DNA of 16,269 nt from Infirmifilum sp. (GCA_041287245.1 JBEULP010000079.1:1-16269); one strand, 5' to 3'; shown: positions 1-9,557, counted from the first letter of the stretch. Notes: generated by a model not told the origin, from the sequence alone. Translations and numbers: made by a program.

Positions 1-1
1 G

Positions 2-403
2 GCACCTCTAAACAACCCCCATCTGTACTCCAAGGTTACAGGGGTAAGCGAGAAGTATGCCCTCCTGGCGGTTGATAAGATAAAGAGAGGTATAGCCGAG
101 TCGGCAGGAGTACATGATTTTCTAGAGCTGAGAACCCTCCTGGTTCCAAACCTCCTAACCGTGGAGCACATTGAGGAGATAGCTCGGGAGATACTAGATA
201 TGTCCCTGCAGAAAACACCCAGGCTCGTGTACGTTGTCCAGCAGTTCATACCATACTCGGGCGTTCCAGAAGCATACCGTAACCAACCTAAGACGCCTAG
301 GAGCATGGTCGTCGAGGCCGCTAAAAGAGCAAAAGAAGTGTTAGAGGGCTACGCAGAGGTATATTATCGCACTATGGAAGACGGGAGTAGAAAAATCGCC
401 TAA
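2..403 (+). CDS. 5'-truncated radical SAM protein, probably anaerobic ribonucleoside-triphosphate reductase activating protein (C-terminal part)
   Basis: The frame is open from nt 2 (APLNNPHLYSKVTG...ELRTLLVPNLLTVEHIEEIA...YVVQQFIP) to TAA at 401-403. The (K)APL, ExRTxxVP and YVxQQFxP segments resemble the C-terminal half of archaeal NrdG-like activases. The CxxxCxxC motif would lie upstream of the window. Confidence 0.6.
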   Translation, partial: APLNNPHLYSKVTGVSEKYALLAVDKIKRGIAESAGVHDFLELRTLLVPNLLTVEHIEEIAREILDMSLQKTPRLVYVVQQFIPYSGVPEAYRNQPKTPRSMVVEAAKRAKEVLEGYAEVYYRTMEDGSRKIA

Positions 404-2241
404 AGGTTTTCAACTTTTTCAGGCGGGATCGCCGCGTGCTTGTAGGCTATTACCCTAATTATATCCGCGGCATCCTGAAAGTCGTCTGAGGTCAACTCGA
501 TAAGATTTACCGCGTCCATAAGGTTTAGCGCTGACATGATATCTATCTGGTTCTCGTCGACAAGCTTTCTAATCTTGTGGAGAACCTCGGCACGTAGCCT
601 GTCAACCTTCCTCTCGCCAGCGTCTATCTCAGTAGTAATGTTAACGGCATAGGCTGGAGAGAAGCGTAGCATCTTCATGTTCTCGATAAGCTTATCTGCG
701 AGCTTCTCAGTCTCCTCAACCATCTCAAGGATAAGAGGCTTAATACTCGTAAGTTGGGGACCGTATTTCACCCACACCAGTCTCTCGTTACACTCCATCA
801 CGGCACCGGCTACTTTATCTATCTTCTCGACGAGGTTTTCAAAGTCTATCCTGCTCGGCATGGGGAAGAAGCCCGACCATATCTTCCATGCGAGCTCCCT
901 TTTAATCCTATCAGCCCTACGCTCTAAATCCTTTATTCTCTCAGCCTTGCTCCGAGCCTCCTCAATCCTGCCCGAAAATATGTCCTGGACTATCTCCCTC
1001 TGCGACATTAAAATCTCCTTAATAGTCTCCAAATGCTTCAAGACTAGCTCAAAAAAGGGCCAGGTTGGTCTCGTCTCCTTGAAAAAGATTGAATAGAACG
1101 CCGCCGTTACAGCTACCAAAACCCCCACGTTTGTAAAAACAGACGAGTAGTTCTTCTCCGTGCCACCCAGGAGAAAGCTGCCTATGAGCGCCCCCGTAGC
1201 ATACCCCGAGTCTCTGGCAAACCGGTAGAAGCCTATCGTGACGTCCCGCACCGCAGGGGGGCTCATATCTGAAATAGGGGCTGGCAGGACAGGGTAGAAC
1301 ATTGCATAGCCAAACCCGAGCCCCAGGGCTACCAGAAGTATCTCGTGGAGAGAGCGTGCGCTCGGAAGGGCTACAAGCATAAACGCTGTCAGCATAAGGC
1401 CGAGCATAGAAATTAGCCTGCGACCTGCGCGGTCAGAATAAGAGGACCAGAAGGGCATAGTGGCGGACCACACCACTAGGAGGAGGGACTGGGCATAACC
1501 TGTGTCGTACATGCTGAGCCCCCTACTTAGAACGAACAAGGGCATGACACCCCAAACAATACTATCAGCCATTTTAGCAACATGAGCGGCGATGAGGGGG
1601 GAAAGCATGCTGGGGTTTGACAAGACTAGTTTAAGCGCCCCCTGGGGTTTAGGAGAGGCGGAGAACTTTTTCCTGTCTTCCTCCAGGTACGATCTAGTTT
1701 CAAGGGTCATCAGCGATAATGCTACGGCTAGGGCTGATGAAAGAACGATGTATAGAATTGTGTCATAGGTGCCGTAGCTGCTCCAGATAATCCCTCCCAC
1801 AAATGCTCCTATTGCGTAGCCGAAGTAGCACGCGCTTTCTATGTAGCCGAAGGAAAGGGAGGACCGCTCCAAACCTAGAATGTCCCCTATCGCTATTGCA
1901 GACGTTGCAAAGACTATGCCTTCTCCAACCCCCACTAGAATATTTCCAAGTACAAAGTTCAGAGGAGGGTTTAGGAGCAAGATTAGCAGTGTACCGCTAA
2001 AGTATGCGGAAGTTCCAAATATCAGAGATTTTTTACGCCCGCTTTTATGCGAAATAAACCCTGCTGTGAGGTCAAAGGTTGCCTTAAAAACACCGAAGGA
2101 TACTATTGGAAGGAGAACAGGTAGCCCCTTCAAAGCCTCGCTCGTCGCAACAGAAAGAACAGTTCTCTGAACACCCGTCGCGCTACCCACCAGAACCTCT
2201 GTTGCTAGGATTAGTATGAGAGCAAGGTTTTCCTTTTTCAA
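400..2241 (-). CDS. MFS transporter fused to a C-terminal DUF47 (PhoU-like) domain
   Basis: aa 1 to ~390 carry about 12 hydrophobic segments and MFS motif-A-like loops (SHKSGRKK, SDRAGRR), ending at KETRP. aa ~395-605 are soluble and helical with DUF47-type ERRADRIKR, RIDF..LVEKIDKVA, ERKVDRL and DDFQDAAD segments. TTG start. Confidence 0.8.
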   Translation of the reverse strand: MKKENLALILILATEVLVGSATGVQRTVLSVATSEALKGLPVLLPIVSFGVFKATFDLTAGFISHKSGRKKSLIFGTSAYFSGTLLILLLNPPLNFVLGNILVGVGEGIVFATSAIAIGDILGLERSSLSFGYIESACYFGYAIGAFVGGIIWSSYGTYDTILYIVLSSALAVALSLMTLETRSYLEEDRKKFSASPKPQGALKLVLSNPSMLSPLIAAHVAKMADSIVWGVMPLFVLSRGLSMYDTGYAQSLLLVVWSATMPFWSSYSDRAGRRLISMLGLMLTAFMLVALPSARSLHEILLVALGLGFGYAMFYPVLPAPISDMSPPAVRDVTIGFYRFARDSGYATGALIGSFLLGGTEKNYSSVFTNVGVLVAVTAAFYSIFFKETRPTWPFFELVLKHLETIKEILMSQREIVQDIFSGRIEEARSKAERIKDLERRADRIKRELAWKIWSGFFPMPSRIDFENLVEKIDKVAGAVMECNERLVWVKYGPQLTSIKPLILEMVEETEKLADKLIENMKMLRFSPAYAVNITTEIDAGERKVDRLRAEVLHKIRKLVDENQIDIMSALNLMDAVNLIELTSDDFQDAADIIRVIAYKHAAIPPEKVENL

Positions 2242-2739
2242 GAATCTATCCCAACTAATTTTTTTTGGGTAGTAATATATAAAACTATATTTACATATTT
2301 TATATAGATTCTGCTAGATTCTAGTAATCCTAGGTAGAAGGCTACGGAAATGTAGAAGTTTTTCAGAACCCTAGCTCTCCCCCTGCTTCTTTACTTCGCG
2401 CGCGAGACATAGTAGCGAAAAAGTCTGTAAGGCGTCCGGCCTCTTTGGCCAGCCCCTCCAAGTTTTTGTCTAAACCCTACACCGGCGTAGTCACGTGCAT
2501 TGAGGGTAACCTCAATATCTTTTTATAAACTCTGTTGTCTTCTAGAGAGATTTTTAGAGAGCTCGGGAGGCTGGCGTAGGAACTCCTGAAGCCTACTCTT
2601 AGTCTTCTGCCAGGTTATAAGCTTCTCCTCCGTCAGTGATAGCATGTTTAACAGTTATCCCATCCCTATTGTCGTCCACCGTTTTCGAAAATCGTCTCAC
2701 TGGAAATATATTTATCCGCCAACCGCGTGGTGTATAATT

Positions 2740-3804
2740 ATGAGTGTTCAGGAGAGGATTGACGTTCAACGCTACCTTAGAGCTGGATATAGACTTGTAG
2801 GGAACCATAGCGCTGTAGCTATCTGCCGGTGGACGCGCTCAGCGCTCAGGGGGGAACGCCTCTGCTACAAGAACTGGTACGGCATACAAAGCCACAGGTG
2901 TGTCCAGATGACCCCGGTTCTAAACTTCTGCGACTTCGCCTGCAAGTTCTGCTGGCGCATGCACCAGCCTGGCCGCTTCAAGCTCCCCCTGGGTTGGAGG
3001 TGGGACTCTCCTGACGATATAATAGACGGCTCCATTATAGCCCAGAGGCTACTGCTAATAGGCTTCAAGGGGAACCCCAAGGTTTCGCGTGAAAGGTTTC
3101 TCGAGGCTATGTTTCCTAGGCACTTTACAATGAGTTTGGACGGCGAGCCAACCCTATACCCCATGCTCCCCGAGCTGATAAGAAGGGTTAAGGAGAGAAA
3201 CTTGACAGCTTTTCTAGTAACTAACGGCTCCATACCCCTCCGGCTTGAGCAGCTCATAAAAAAGCAGGCTCAACCGTCGAACCTCTACCTGAGCGTTTAT
3301 GGCCCGAACGAGGAGGTGTTCAACTTCACAGCTGTGCCTAAGATACCAAGAGCGTGGGACATGGTTATGAGGAGCCTTGAGCTTCTAGAAAAGTTTGACG
3401 AGAGCCGTACTGTGGTTCGCCTCACTCTAGTTAAGGGGCTAAACATGGTAGACCCCGACGGCTACGCATCAATAGTGAAGAAGGGGCTCCCGATGTTCGT
3501 AGAGCTTAAAGGGTATACATGGGTTGGCGAGAGCCAGAAGAGGCTTCCTATAACAGCCATGCCTACCATGGAGGAGATGATGAAGTTCGCCGAGGAGATT
3601 TCCAGCCGGACAGGCTACAAGGTCATGCTCACAGACGAGAAGAGCCGTGTTGTTCTCCTCGTTAGAGACGAGGAAGCATGGGAGAAGAACCTGAAAATGC
3701 GGGAAGAATGGTTTCACAGAGTTGAAAAGCTAGATGAAGCCTGGAAAAAACGAGTCCAGGACTTTACAATGGAGGAGCATGGTTATAAAATACTGGTGTA
3801 CTAG
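2740..3804 (+). CDS. taw1: tRNA 4-demethylwyosine synthase Taw1/TYW1 (radical SAM)
   Basis: HSAVAICRW...CYKNWYGIQSHRC auxiliary cluster/Lys motif, CDFACKFC radical SAM motif, SLDGEPTLYP, FLVTNG and ELKGY..VG.S..RL. Start placed at ATG 2740 rather than 2644 because the upstream 32 codons are AT-rich and promoter-like. Confidence 0.93.
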   Translation: MSVQERIDVQRYLRAGYRLVGNHSAVAICRWTRSALRGERLCYKNWYGIQSHRCVQMTPVLNFCDFACKFCWRMHQPGRFKLPLGWRWDSPDDIIDGSIIAQRLLLIGFKGNPKVSRERFLEAMFPRHFTMSLDGEPTLYPMLPELIRRVKERNLTAFLVTNGSIPLRLEQLIKKQAQPSNLYLSVYGPNEEVFNFTAVPKIPRAWDMVMRSLELLEKFDESRTVVRLTLVKGLNMVDPDGYASIVKKGLPMFVELKGYTWVGESQKRLPITAMPTMEEMMKFAEEISSRTGYKVMLTDEKSRVVLLVRDEEAWEKNLKMREEWFHRVEKLDEAWKKRVQDFTMEEHGYKILVY

Positions 3805-3869
3805 AAAGGCGAGTCGTAGCACTAACTTTTTAAGGAAACAGCGTATATAGCAATTCTCGGTGATAAGGA

Positions 3870-4829
3870 ATGGTTATGGAGGATCTTAAGCTTTCAATGA
3901 TTTTTACTCTAGCTTTCATCTTCGGGATAACGACCCTGGCTTTCATCTTCATCCTTGACCTGTTTGGCCTCGCCTCTCCCTTAGTGGCGCTGATAATAGC
4001 CCTAGCTTTCAATGTTGGCCAATGGCTGGTCTCCCCATATCTAGTTGAGATGTTTTACCACGTGAGAGAGCTACCTTACAGCGAGGCTCCACACGTCCAC
4101 CAAGCCCTCGAGGAGGTTGCAGCTCGCAGTGGTCTACGTGAAAAGCCAAAACTCATGATAGCTGAGGTTCCATACCCCAACGCCTTCGCCTATGGTTCAC
4201 CGCTAACTGGGAATAGGGTAGCCGTCACAAGGGGATTATTGAACACTCTTAACAAAGACGAGATCGCGGGAGTTCTAGGCCATGAGGTAGGGCACATCGT
4301 TCACCGCGACGTCCAGTTAATGACCTTCGTGTCTGTGCTGCCGGCCTTCTTCTACATCTTGGGCCGAACTTTTCTATTTACAGGCGGGGACAGGGATCGC
4401 GACAGGAGCGGAGCGATAGCACTGGGCTTTCTAAGCCTACTCATCTACTTCATCCTAAGCCTGGCTAACCTGCACCTCAGCAGGATACGGGAATACTACG
4501 CGGACTACAATAGCGTCAAGACTGCGCCAAACCCATCTATCGGCGCAGCGAGGCTGATGTCGGCTCTGGCTAAAATAGTCGGCTACACGGGCAGGCTCAA
4601 GCTACAGGGAGCAAACCTTAAGGTCGCCGGCTTCAAGGAGCTGTTCATAGCCGACCCCGACAGCGCCGTTCAGGACCTCGAAGCACTGGAAGGCTACGAG
4701 CTGGCTAAGAGGATCGCCGAAAGGAAGGTAACCCTTGCCGACAAAATTATGGAGCTCTTCTCAACCCATCCGAACATCGTAGAGAGGCTCCGACGTCTAG
4801 AAGAGCTTGGAAAACTCCCCTCCCTTTAA
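3870..4829 (+). CDS. htpX: HtpX family (M48) membrane zinc metalloprotease
   Basis: Two N-terminal TM segments, PNAFAYG, VAVTRGLL, HEVGH (HExxH), SRIREYYAD and C-terminal FSTHP..ERL. Confidence 0.92.
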   Translation: MVMEDLKLSMIFTLAFIFGITTLAFIFILDLFGLASPLVALIIALAFNVGQWLVSPYLVEMFYHVRELPYSEAPHVHQALEEVAARSGLREKPKLMIAEVPYPNAFAYGSPLTGNRVAVTRGLLNTLNKDEIAGVLGHEVGHIVHRDVQLMTFVSVLPAFFYILGRTFLFTGGDRDRDRSGAIALGFLSLLIYFILSLANLHLSRIREYYADYNSVKTAPNPSIGAARLMSALAKIVGYTGRLKLQGANLKVAGFKELFIADPDSAVQDLEALEGYELAKRIAERKVTLADKIMELFSTHPNIVERLRRLEELGKLPSL

Positions 4830-4848
4830 GTCTCAACGGTTTTTCTCT

Positions 4849-5580
4849 ATGGAGGAGGCACTAGAGCTCCTCAAGTCAAGCATAAACAAAAGAGAAACTA
4901 TTATACTCGTCGCCGACTGCGAGGCTACATACAAGGGACGTGCTTCCTCCAAACTAGGTAGGGGCGAGCGCATAGTCCTGATAAAAGGCGACGGCTCGGT
5001 TGTCATCCATAGGCCCGCTGGCTCAACCCCTGTTAACTACCAGCCGGAGGGAAGCGTTGTTACAGTCAAGCTCGACGGCGGCGTTCTCGAGATAACCGCT
5101 TCCAGGCCGAGGCCGGCTGAGGAGCTAGCGATCCGAGTTTACAGGATCATGGGACTTTACACGTTTAAGCTTGTCGATAACGCCTCCTTTGAGATGTGGG
5201 GCGAGGAAAGAGATTTGAAGAAGGCTATACTCCTCGCGCCAAGGGATATTCTAGGCGAGGATCTAAAGCCTGTAGAGGAGGAGATACGCCTGGGATCTGC
5301 TGGTATAGCCGACGTCCTGCTTGTCGACAAAGACGGAAACTATGTTGTTGTGGAGATAAAGAAGGAGACAGCAGGGGTCGAAGCTGTCTATCAGCTTAAG
5401 AGATACGTTTCAAGGCTTCGCGGGGGCTCGGGCAGGAGGGTCCGCGGCATACTGGTGGCTCCAGGCTTCACGAAGACAGCTCTCGTCGCCTTGGAAAAAG
5501 AGGGTCTCGAGCATAGACGCGTAAGCCTGGAGAGGGCATCCAAGATCCTCAGGAGGGCGGGTTTTGGACCGCTTCTCTAA
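4849..5580 (+). CDS. nucS: Endonuclease NucS/EndoMS (mismatch-specific)
   Basis: C.ATYKGRASSKL, IKGDGSVVIH and PVNYQP in the N-domain. RecB-like C-domain with EERDL, ADVLLVD, VEIKK, AVYQLKRY and RGILVAP. ATG 4849 is preferred over the TTG at 4807 that overlaps htpX. Confidence 0.92.
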   Translation: MEEALELLKSSINKRETIILVADCEATYKGRASSKLGRGERIVLIKGDGSVVIHRPAGSTPVNYQPEGSVVTVKLDGGVLEITASRPRPAEELAIRVYRIMGLYTFKLVDNASFEMWGEERDLKKAILLAPRDILGEDLKPVEEEIRLGSAGIADVLLVDKDGNYVVVEIKKETAGVEAVYQLKRYVSRLRGGSGRRVRGILVAPGFTKTALVALEKEGLEHRRVSLERASKILRRAGFGPLL

Positions 5581-6193
5581 ACACCGGGCAATACTCCTTG
5601 AACTCGCAATAGTCGCAGAGCCACCCCTTCTCAGGCTCCGGGGGAACGGCTTGCTTAAGAGAGTCGCTTAGAAGCACGACACGTTGGAGGAGCCCTTTTA
5701 TCCTCTCATCATCCCTTTGAATTTGAAAGGCTTTAACCTGCCCCGTCGTCTTAGAGACGTAGACCAGGAACCCCTTGTTTTTATCTGTAAGCCAAAAGTA
5801 CAGTTGCATCTGGTCAACATGATGATCCCTGGGTTCACGAGGTATGGAGCTGGCGGTTTTGAACTCAAAAATATAGTCCCCAGCTATCCTATCTACGCGT
5901 CCCTTTACAGTCACATCTCGGTACTCCCGTTCGAAGCTCTTCTCGCCTTCGCCAAGCGGGAACTGGCTGTTTATAAGGTAGTGTACATCGTCGCCTAATA
6001 GCAGTATCACTATCTTCTCGTCGGAGAGGGGCCCAGCCATCGTCCTTATATACCATGAGCGACGCAGACACCCGGTTACCTCGGTTACGTAGATGATGTT
6101 TGGCGGCGCTGTCCATGAGCCCCGGTCTTTCTCGTATGCTGTTCTCAGAGATCTGAAAACTATTCTCTCAACGTCCTGTGGCGATATAGACAT
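5549..6193 (-). CDS. cas4: Cas4-family PD-(D/E)XK exonuclease with Fe-S cysteines, not CRISPR-linked in this window
   Basis: N-terminal Cys (VTGCLRRSWY), GDDVH, GRVD, EFKT, QMQLY and C-terminal CDYCEFKEYC give the 4-Cys Cas4 architecture. Confidence 0.85.
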   Translation of the reverse strand: MSISPQDVERIVFRSLRTAYEKDRGSWTAPPNIIYVTEVTGCLRRSWYIRTMAGPLSDEKIVILLLGDDVHYLINSQFPLGEGEKSFEREYRDVTVKGRVDRIAGDYIFEFKTASSIPREPRDHHVDQMQLYFWLTDKNKGFLVYVSKTTGQVKAFQIQRDDERIKGLLQRVVLLSDSLKQAVPPEPEKGWLCDYCEFKEYCPVFREAVQNPPS

Positions 6194-6259
6194 ATCTGGC
6201 GATATTTACACGTTAGTATAATAAAAATGATTTTATACGATAATAAGTGGGGGGCAGGT

Positions 6260-6952
6260 TTGCCGCAAGTCTACAGTATTTTTGAGGTACGCGAGAACAT
6301 AACAGTAGACGAAGCCGCAGGAAAGCTTAAAGGTTTCTCGATAGCTAAGGGGGACGTCGAGGTAATGGGCCGAAAGTATAGCCTCGGAGTCAGAGTGTCG
6401 AATTTAGAGTTGAGTGACAACACCCTCTCCGGAGTGTATGAGGAGGTTGTGCCCGTCTCTCTAAGCCTAGACGACGAGACGGTTAAGGTCCCATCGGCCA
6501 TACGTCTACACTTCTATTTCAACTGGCTCCGCCAGGGGATTTTTCTACTTGTAGCAGCTGGGAAGAGGAGGGGGGCACGTGTTGCGTCAACCTTCTCAGA
6601 AGCCCTTTTCCAAAAACCAGACGCTATAGCACCGGTGTATCTCCCACCTCAAAGGCTTAGGGAATTATATACGACTGAAGCTGAGCCCCGACAGGTTATC
6701 TTCACGGGGCTTCGGGAAGTCGCAGGGGTGGACACTGTTGTTCTCTATGGCAAGGCTTTATCTCAGTCTTCCTTACTCAAAAGGTACATGCAGGTAGGAC
6801 AGGAAAAATACGTGGTTTACAGGACCGAGAAGGGCCTTATAGGTGTATCAGTCGGAGGGCTTGTCCTTGCGTTCTCGAAGATTGATGAGGAAAACTTTCG
6901 AGAATATATAATCGAGAATATAGTCCCGAGGCTGGAACCCTTGCCGGTATAA
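6260..6952 (+). CDS. Hypothetical protein, soluble alpha/beta, function unknown
   Basis: Long ORF with typical coding composition. TTG at 6260 after a G-rich GGGGGCAGG stretch is preferred to ATG 6227, but the start is uncertain. No recognisable motif. Confidence 0.75.
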   Translation: MPQVYSIFEVRENITVDEAAGKLKGFSIAKGDVEVMGRKYSLGVRVSNLELSDNTLSGVYEEVVPVSLSLDDETVKVPSAIRLHFYFNWLRQGIFLLVAAGKRRGARVASTFSEALFQKPDAIAPVYLPPQRLRELYTTEAEPRQVIFTGLREVAGVDTVVLYGKALSQSSLLKRYMQVGQEKYVVYRTEKGLIGVSVGGLVLAFSKIDEENFREYIIENIVPRLEPLPV

Positions 6953-6983
6953 AAACTGTCTACAGCTTCACCGAAGTTATGCT

Positions 6984-7832
6984 CTACTTAAACCTCGCGA
7001 GCGCTCGTGAGATATCCACAGGTTGCGGAGTCCTTTGAGCTGGGGGCGGGTTCATGGCATGCGTGAATTCATCCTCCAGTGTTGGAGCCTCTCTCCTGTA
7101 GAATAAGCCTATCGGGATTTTATCGTCCTGCTGCATTGCCAGCCTCATAGCAGCCTCGAAATTAGAGGGGTCGTGTCCAGCTTCCTCCAACTTGTAGATC
7201 TTCTGCCTTAAAGCGGAGTACGTGTTGAAAAAGGTGACGCAGGGCTGGAGAACATCTATGAAAGCGAAGCCCCTATGGCTTATCCCAGCCTTTATAAGCT
7301 CCTTCAAGTGATCTATTTCCGCGCTGAAGCCCCTTGCCACGAATGTAGCACCGCTAGCCAAGGCCAAGAGAATAGGGTTGAGAGGGTTCTCAGGATTTCC
7401 GAAAGGCGTAGACCTGGTCTTAACCCCTTTGGGCGTCGTTGGTGTGACCTGACCCGTGGTAAGTCCAAAGATCATGTTGTTGTGGACTATCAGGGTAATG
7501 TCAACGTTCCTCCTCGCTGCATGTGGAAGATGCCCAAGTCCAATGGCATAGGCGTCCCCGTCTCCCGAGTGGCCGATAACGGTGAGCTTGGGGTTGGCTA
7601 ATTTAATCCCTGTTGCCACAGGCAAAACCCGGCCGTGTATCGTGTGGAACCCGTTGGTACGCATATAGTCGCTTATCCTGCCGTGGCACCCAATCCCTGT
7701 TACGATGACTACATCTTCAGGCTGTAGCTTCAGCTCTGCTAGGGCTTTCCTAAGGGCTAGCAGAATCCCGTAATTCCCACAACCGGGACACCACACAGGC
7801 CTTCGCGGAACCTCGTACAACTCGATGCCCAT
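6984..7832 (-). CDS. korB: 2-oxoacid:ferredoxin oxidoreductase beta subunit (TPP-binding)
   Basis: WCPGCG, GIGC, HGR, GDGD TPP motif, NNMIFGLTTGQ and QPCVTF. The ATG at 7832 overlaps the alpha-subunit stop (TGATG coupling). Confidence 0.93.
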   Translation of the reverse strand: MGIELYEVPRRPVWCPGCGNYGILLALRKALAELKLQPEDVVIVTGIGCHGRISDYMRTNGFHTIHGRVLPVATGIKLANPKLTVIGHSGDGDAYAIGLGHLPHAARRNVDITLIVHNNMIFGLTTGQVTPTTPKGVKTRSTPFGNPENPLNPILLALASGATFVARGFSAEIDHLKELIKAGISHRGFAFIDVLQPCVTFFNTYSALRQKIYKLEEAGHDPSNFEAAMRLAMQQDDKIPIGLFYRREAPTLEDEFTHAMNPPPAQRTPQPVDISRALARFK

Positions 7833-9544
7833 CACAACCACCCCTTGGACCTAAGATACTCCTCGATTTCCTCCGGGTCGAACTGCCTCCCATTATACTT
7901 TCCTAGAAAAGCCTCAGGCTCCAGCAGCAACTTTTCACGTATAAGCGAGGCCAGCTGTCCGGTCATATTATTCTCCACCACTATAAAGGGTCGACCTGAG
8001 AGTTCCCGGCGGAGAGCCTCGGTTGGGAAGGGCTCCAGCCACACCACCTGTACCAACCTAATATTATCGGTCTTCTTCAGGGCTTCGAGCAAAGGCATCT
8101 TCGAAGAGCCCCAGGAAACAATAGCTCTATCGCCCCTGCCGTATACCTTCACTCCCTCAGACTCGGCTAGAGCCTTAAGCTTGGGGAGCTTCATAAACCT
8201 CTTCTCATGCATAATCTTGACAATATTCGGGTCTATAGTCCCCTGGCCCACTTCGTCATGTTCACTTGTATTCGCGTATACGAGAGCGTTTTTAGTTCCA
8301 GGCAGAGCCATTGGGGAGACACCGTCCTCAGTAACCTTATAGCGTGCATATGGTCCGGAATGCTCCCCGCGTATAACCGGGTCTTCCGCAGGCTTTAGCG
8401 GGGGGAATTCCTCAACACTCCAGTAGCTCTCGCCGAGGAACTTGTCCGACAGGATAATCACCGGAACCTGAAACCTCCAAGCTATCTCCATAGCCTCGAA
8501 CCCCAGGAGATACGCCTCCAATGGATCCCCAGGCGCCACTACAACACGGGGAAACTCCCCCTGAGAGGCGTGAATAACAAACCTGAGATCCTCCTGCGCG
8601 GTGTGAGTGGGTAGGCCCGTTGAAGGACCCGGCCTCTGAACCTCCACCACAACTATAGGGGTCTCAGTCATCGCTGCCTGCCCTAGAGCCTCCACCATCA
8701 GTGAGAAGCCCCCTCCGCTCGTAGCTACCATCGAGCGCGCACCCGCGTACGCGGCGCCTATAGCCATGTTAATCGCCGCAAGCTCACTCTCCGGCTGGAA
8801 TACAATAATTCCAAAGTCCCGCTGGATCTCAGCTAGGTAGTGGAGAATAGGGGAAGCAGGGGTCATGGGGTACGCAGCGAAAAAACTTAGCCCAGCAGCC
8901 ACAGCCCCAAGGGCGACGGCTGAGTTACCGTCGATCAGGATCCTCTTGGCATTACTTTCTCTCGGCATAAGGCGGGGGAAGGAGTCTCCAGCTAGGGAAG
9001 AGCCGACGTCAAAGCCGCGTAGCGCCAGTCTAACGTTGAGGTCTGCAACCTCTTTCTTATGTTTAAATTGTTCCTCGATAGTCCGGGTTACAACGTCCCG
9101 TGAAGCCCCTAGTATTCCGAAGATGACACCCGAGGATAGCGTGTTGAGGGCCACTGAAGGTGCCTTGTATTCCTCCAATATCCTCTTAAAGGGTAGAGGT
9201 TTTATCCGTGGATCCTCCCTGCTTGAACAGTCACTCTCATCGCAGAGAACCATCCCCCTCCCACTCAGCCTCGAGAGGTAAGCGGTAGATGAATAACTGT
9301 CCAAAGCCAGGATAATATCGACTGGTCGCCTATGTGAGTAGATGTACTCGTCAGGCGAAGACCGGATGAGGGCCCACTGGTTCCCGCCGCGGATCAGAGA
9401 TGGGTACTCGTTTGTTATAAAGACGTTGTTTCCATGCCTGAACAGGACACGCCCCACTATAAGGCTTGTCGCAAAAACCCCTGAGCCTGCTGGGCCAGCT
9501 ACAAGGATAGATACCGGCCACTTAGAGTCCACAGCAACACCCAA
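7832..9544 (-). CDS. korA: 2-oxoacid:ferredoxin oxidoreductase alpha subunit (gamma-alpha fused type)
   Basis: N-terminal gamma domain (GPAGSG, EYPSLIRGG), then GNSAVALG, YPMTPAS, ESELAA, TSGGG, QRPGPSTGLPT and VENN.GQL. Substrate specificity cannot be read from sequence. Confidence 0.93.
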   Translation of the reverse strand: MGVAVDSKWPVSILVAGPAGSGVFATSLIVGRVLFRHGNNVFITNEYPSLIRGGNQWALIRSSPDEYIYSHRRPVDIILALDSYSSTAYLSRLSGRGMVLCDESDCSSREDPRIKPLPFKRILEEYKAPSVALNTLSSGVIFGILGASRDVVTRTIEEQFKHKKEVADLNVRLALRGFDVGSSLAGDSFPRLMPRESNAKRILIDGNSAVALGAVAAGLSFFAAYPMTPASPILHYLAEIQRDFGIIVFQPESELAAINMAIGAAYAGARSMVATSGGGFSLMVEALGQAAMTETPIVVVEVQRPGPSTGLPTHTAQEDLRFVIHASQGEFPRVVVAPGDPLEAYLLGFEAMEIAWRFQVPVIILSDKFLGESYWSVEEFPPLKPAEDPVIRGEHSGPYARYKVTEDGVSPMALPGTKNALVYANTSEHDEVGQGTIDPNIVKIMHEKRFMKLPKLKALAESEGVKVYGRGDRAIVSWGSSKMPLLEALKKTDNIRLVQVVWLEPFPTEALRRELSGRPFIVVENNMTGQLASLIREKLLLEPEAFLGKYNGRQFDPEEIEEYLRSKGWL

Positions 9545-9557
9545 GCTTTAACTTTGT

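Noticed and set aside
2740..3804. Functional link between Taw1 and the nearby G37-containing tRNA-Tyr
   Set aside because: Wyosine derivatives are established for tRNA-Phe. The genes are about 8.5 kb apart and nothing in the sequence supports a link.
5549..6952. CRISPR-Cas locus around cas4
   Set aside because: No repeat-spacer array and no other cas genes in the window.
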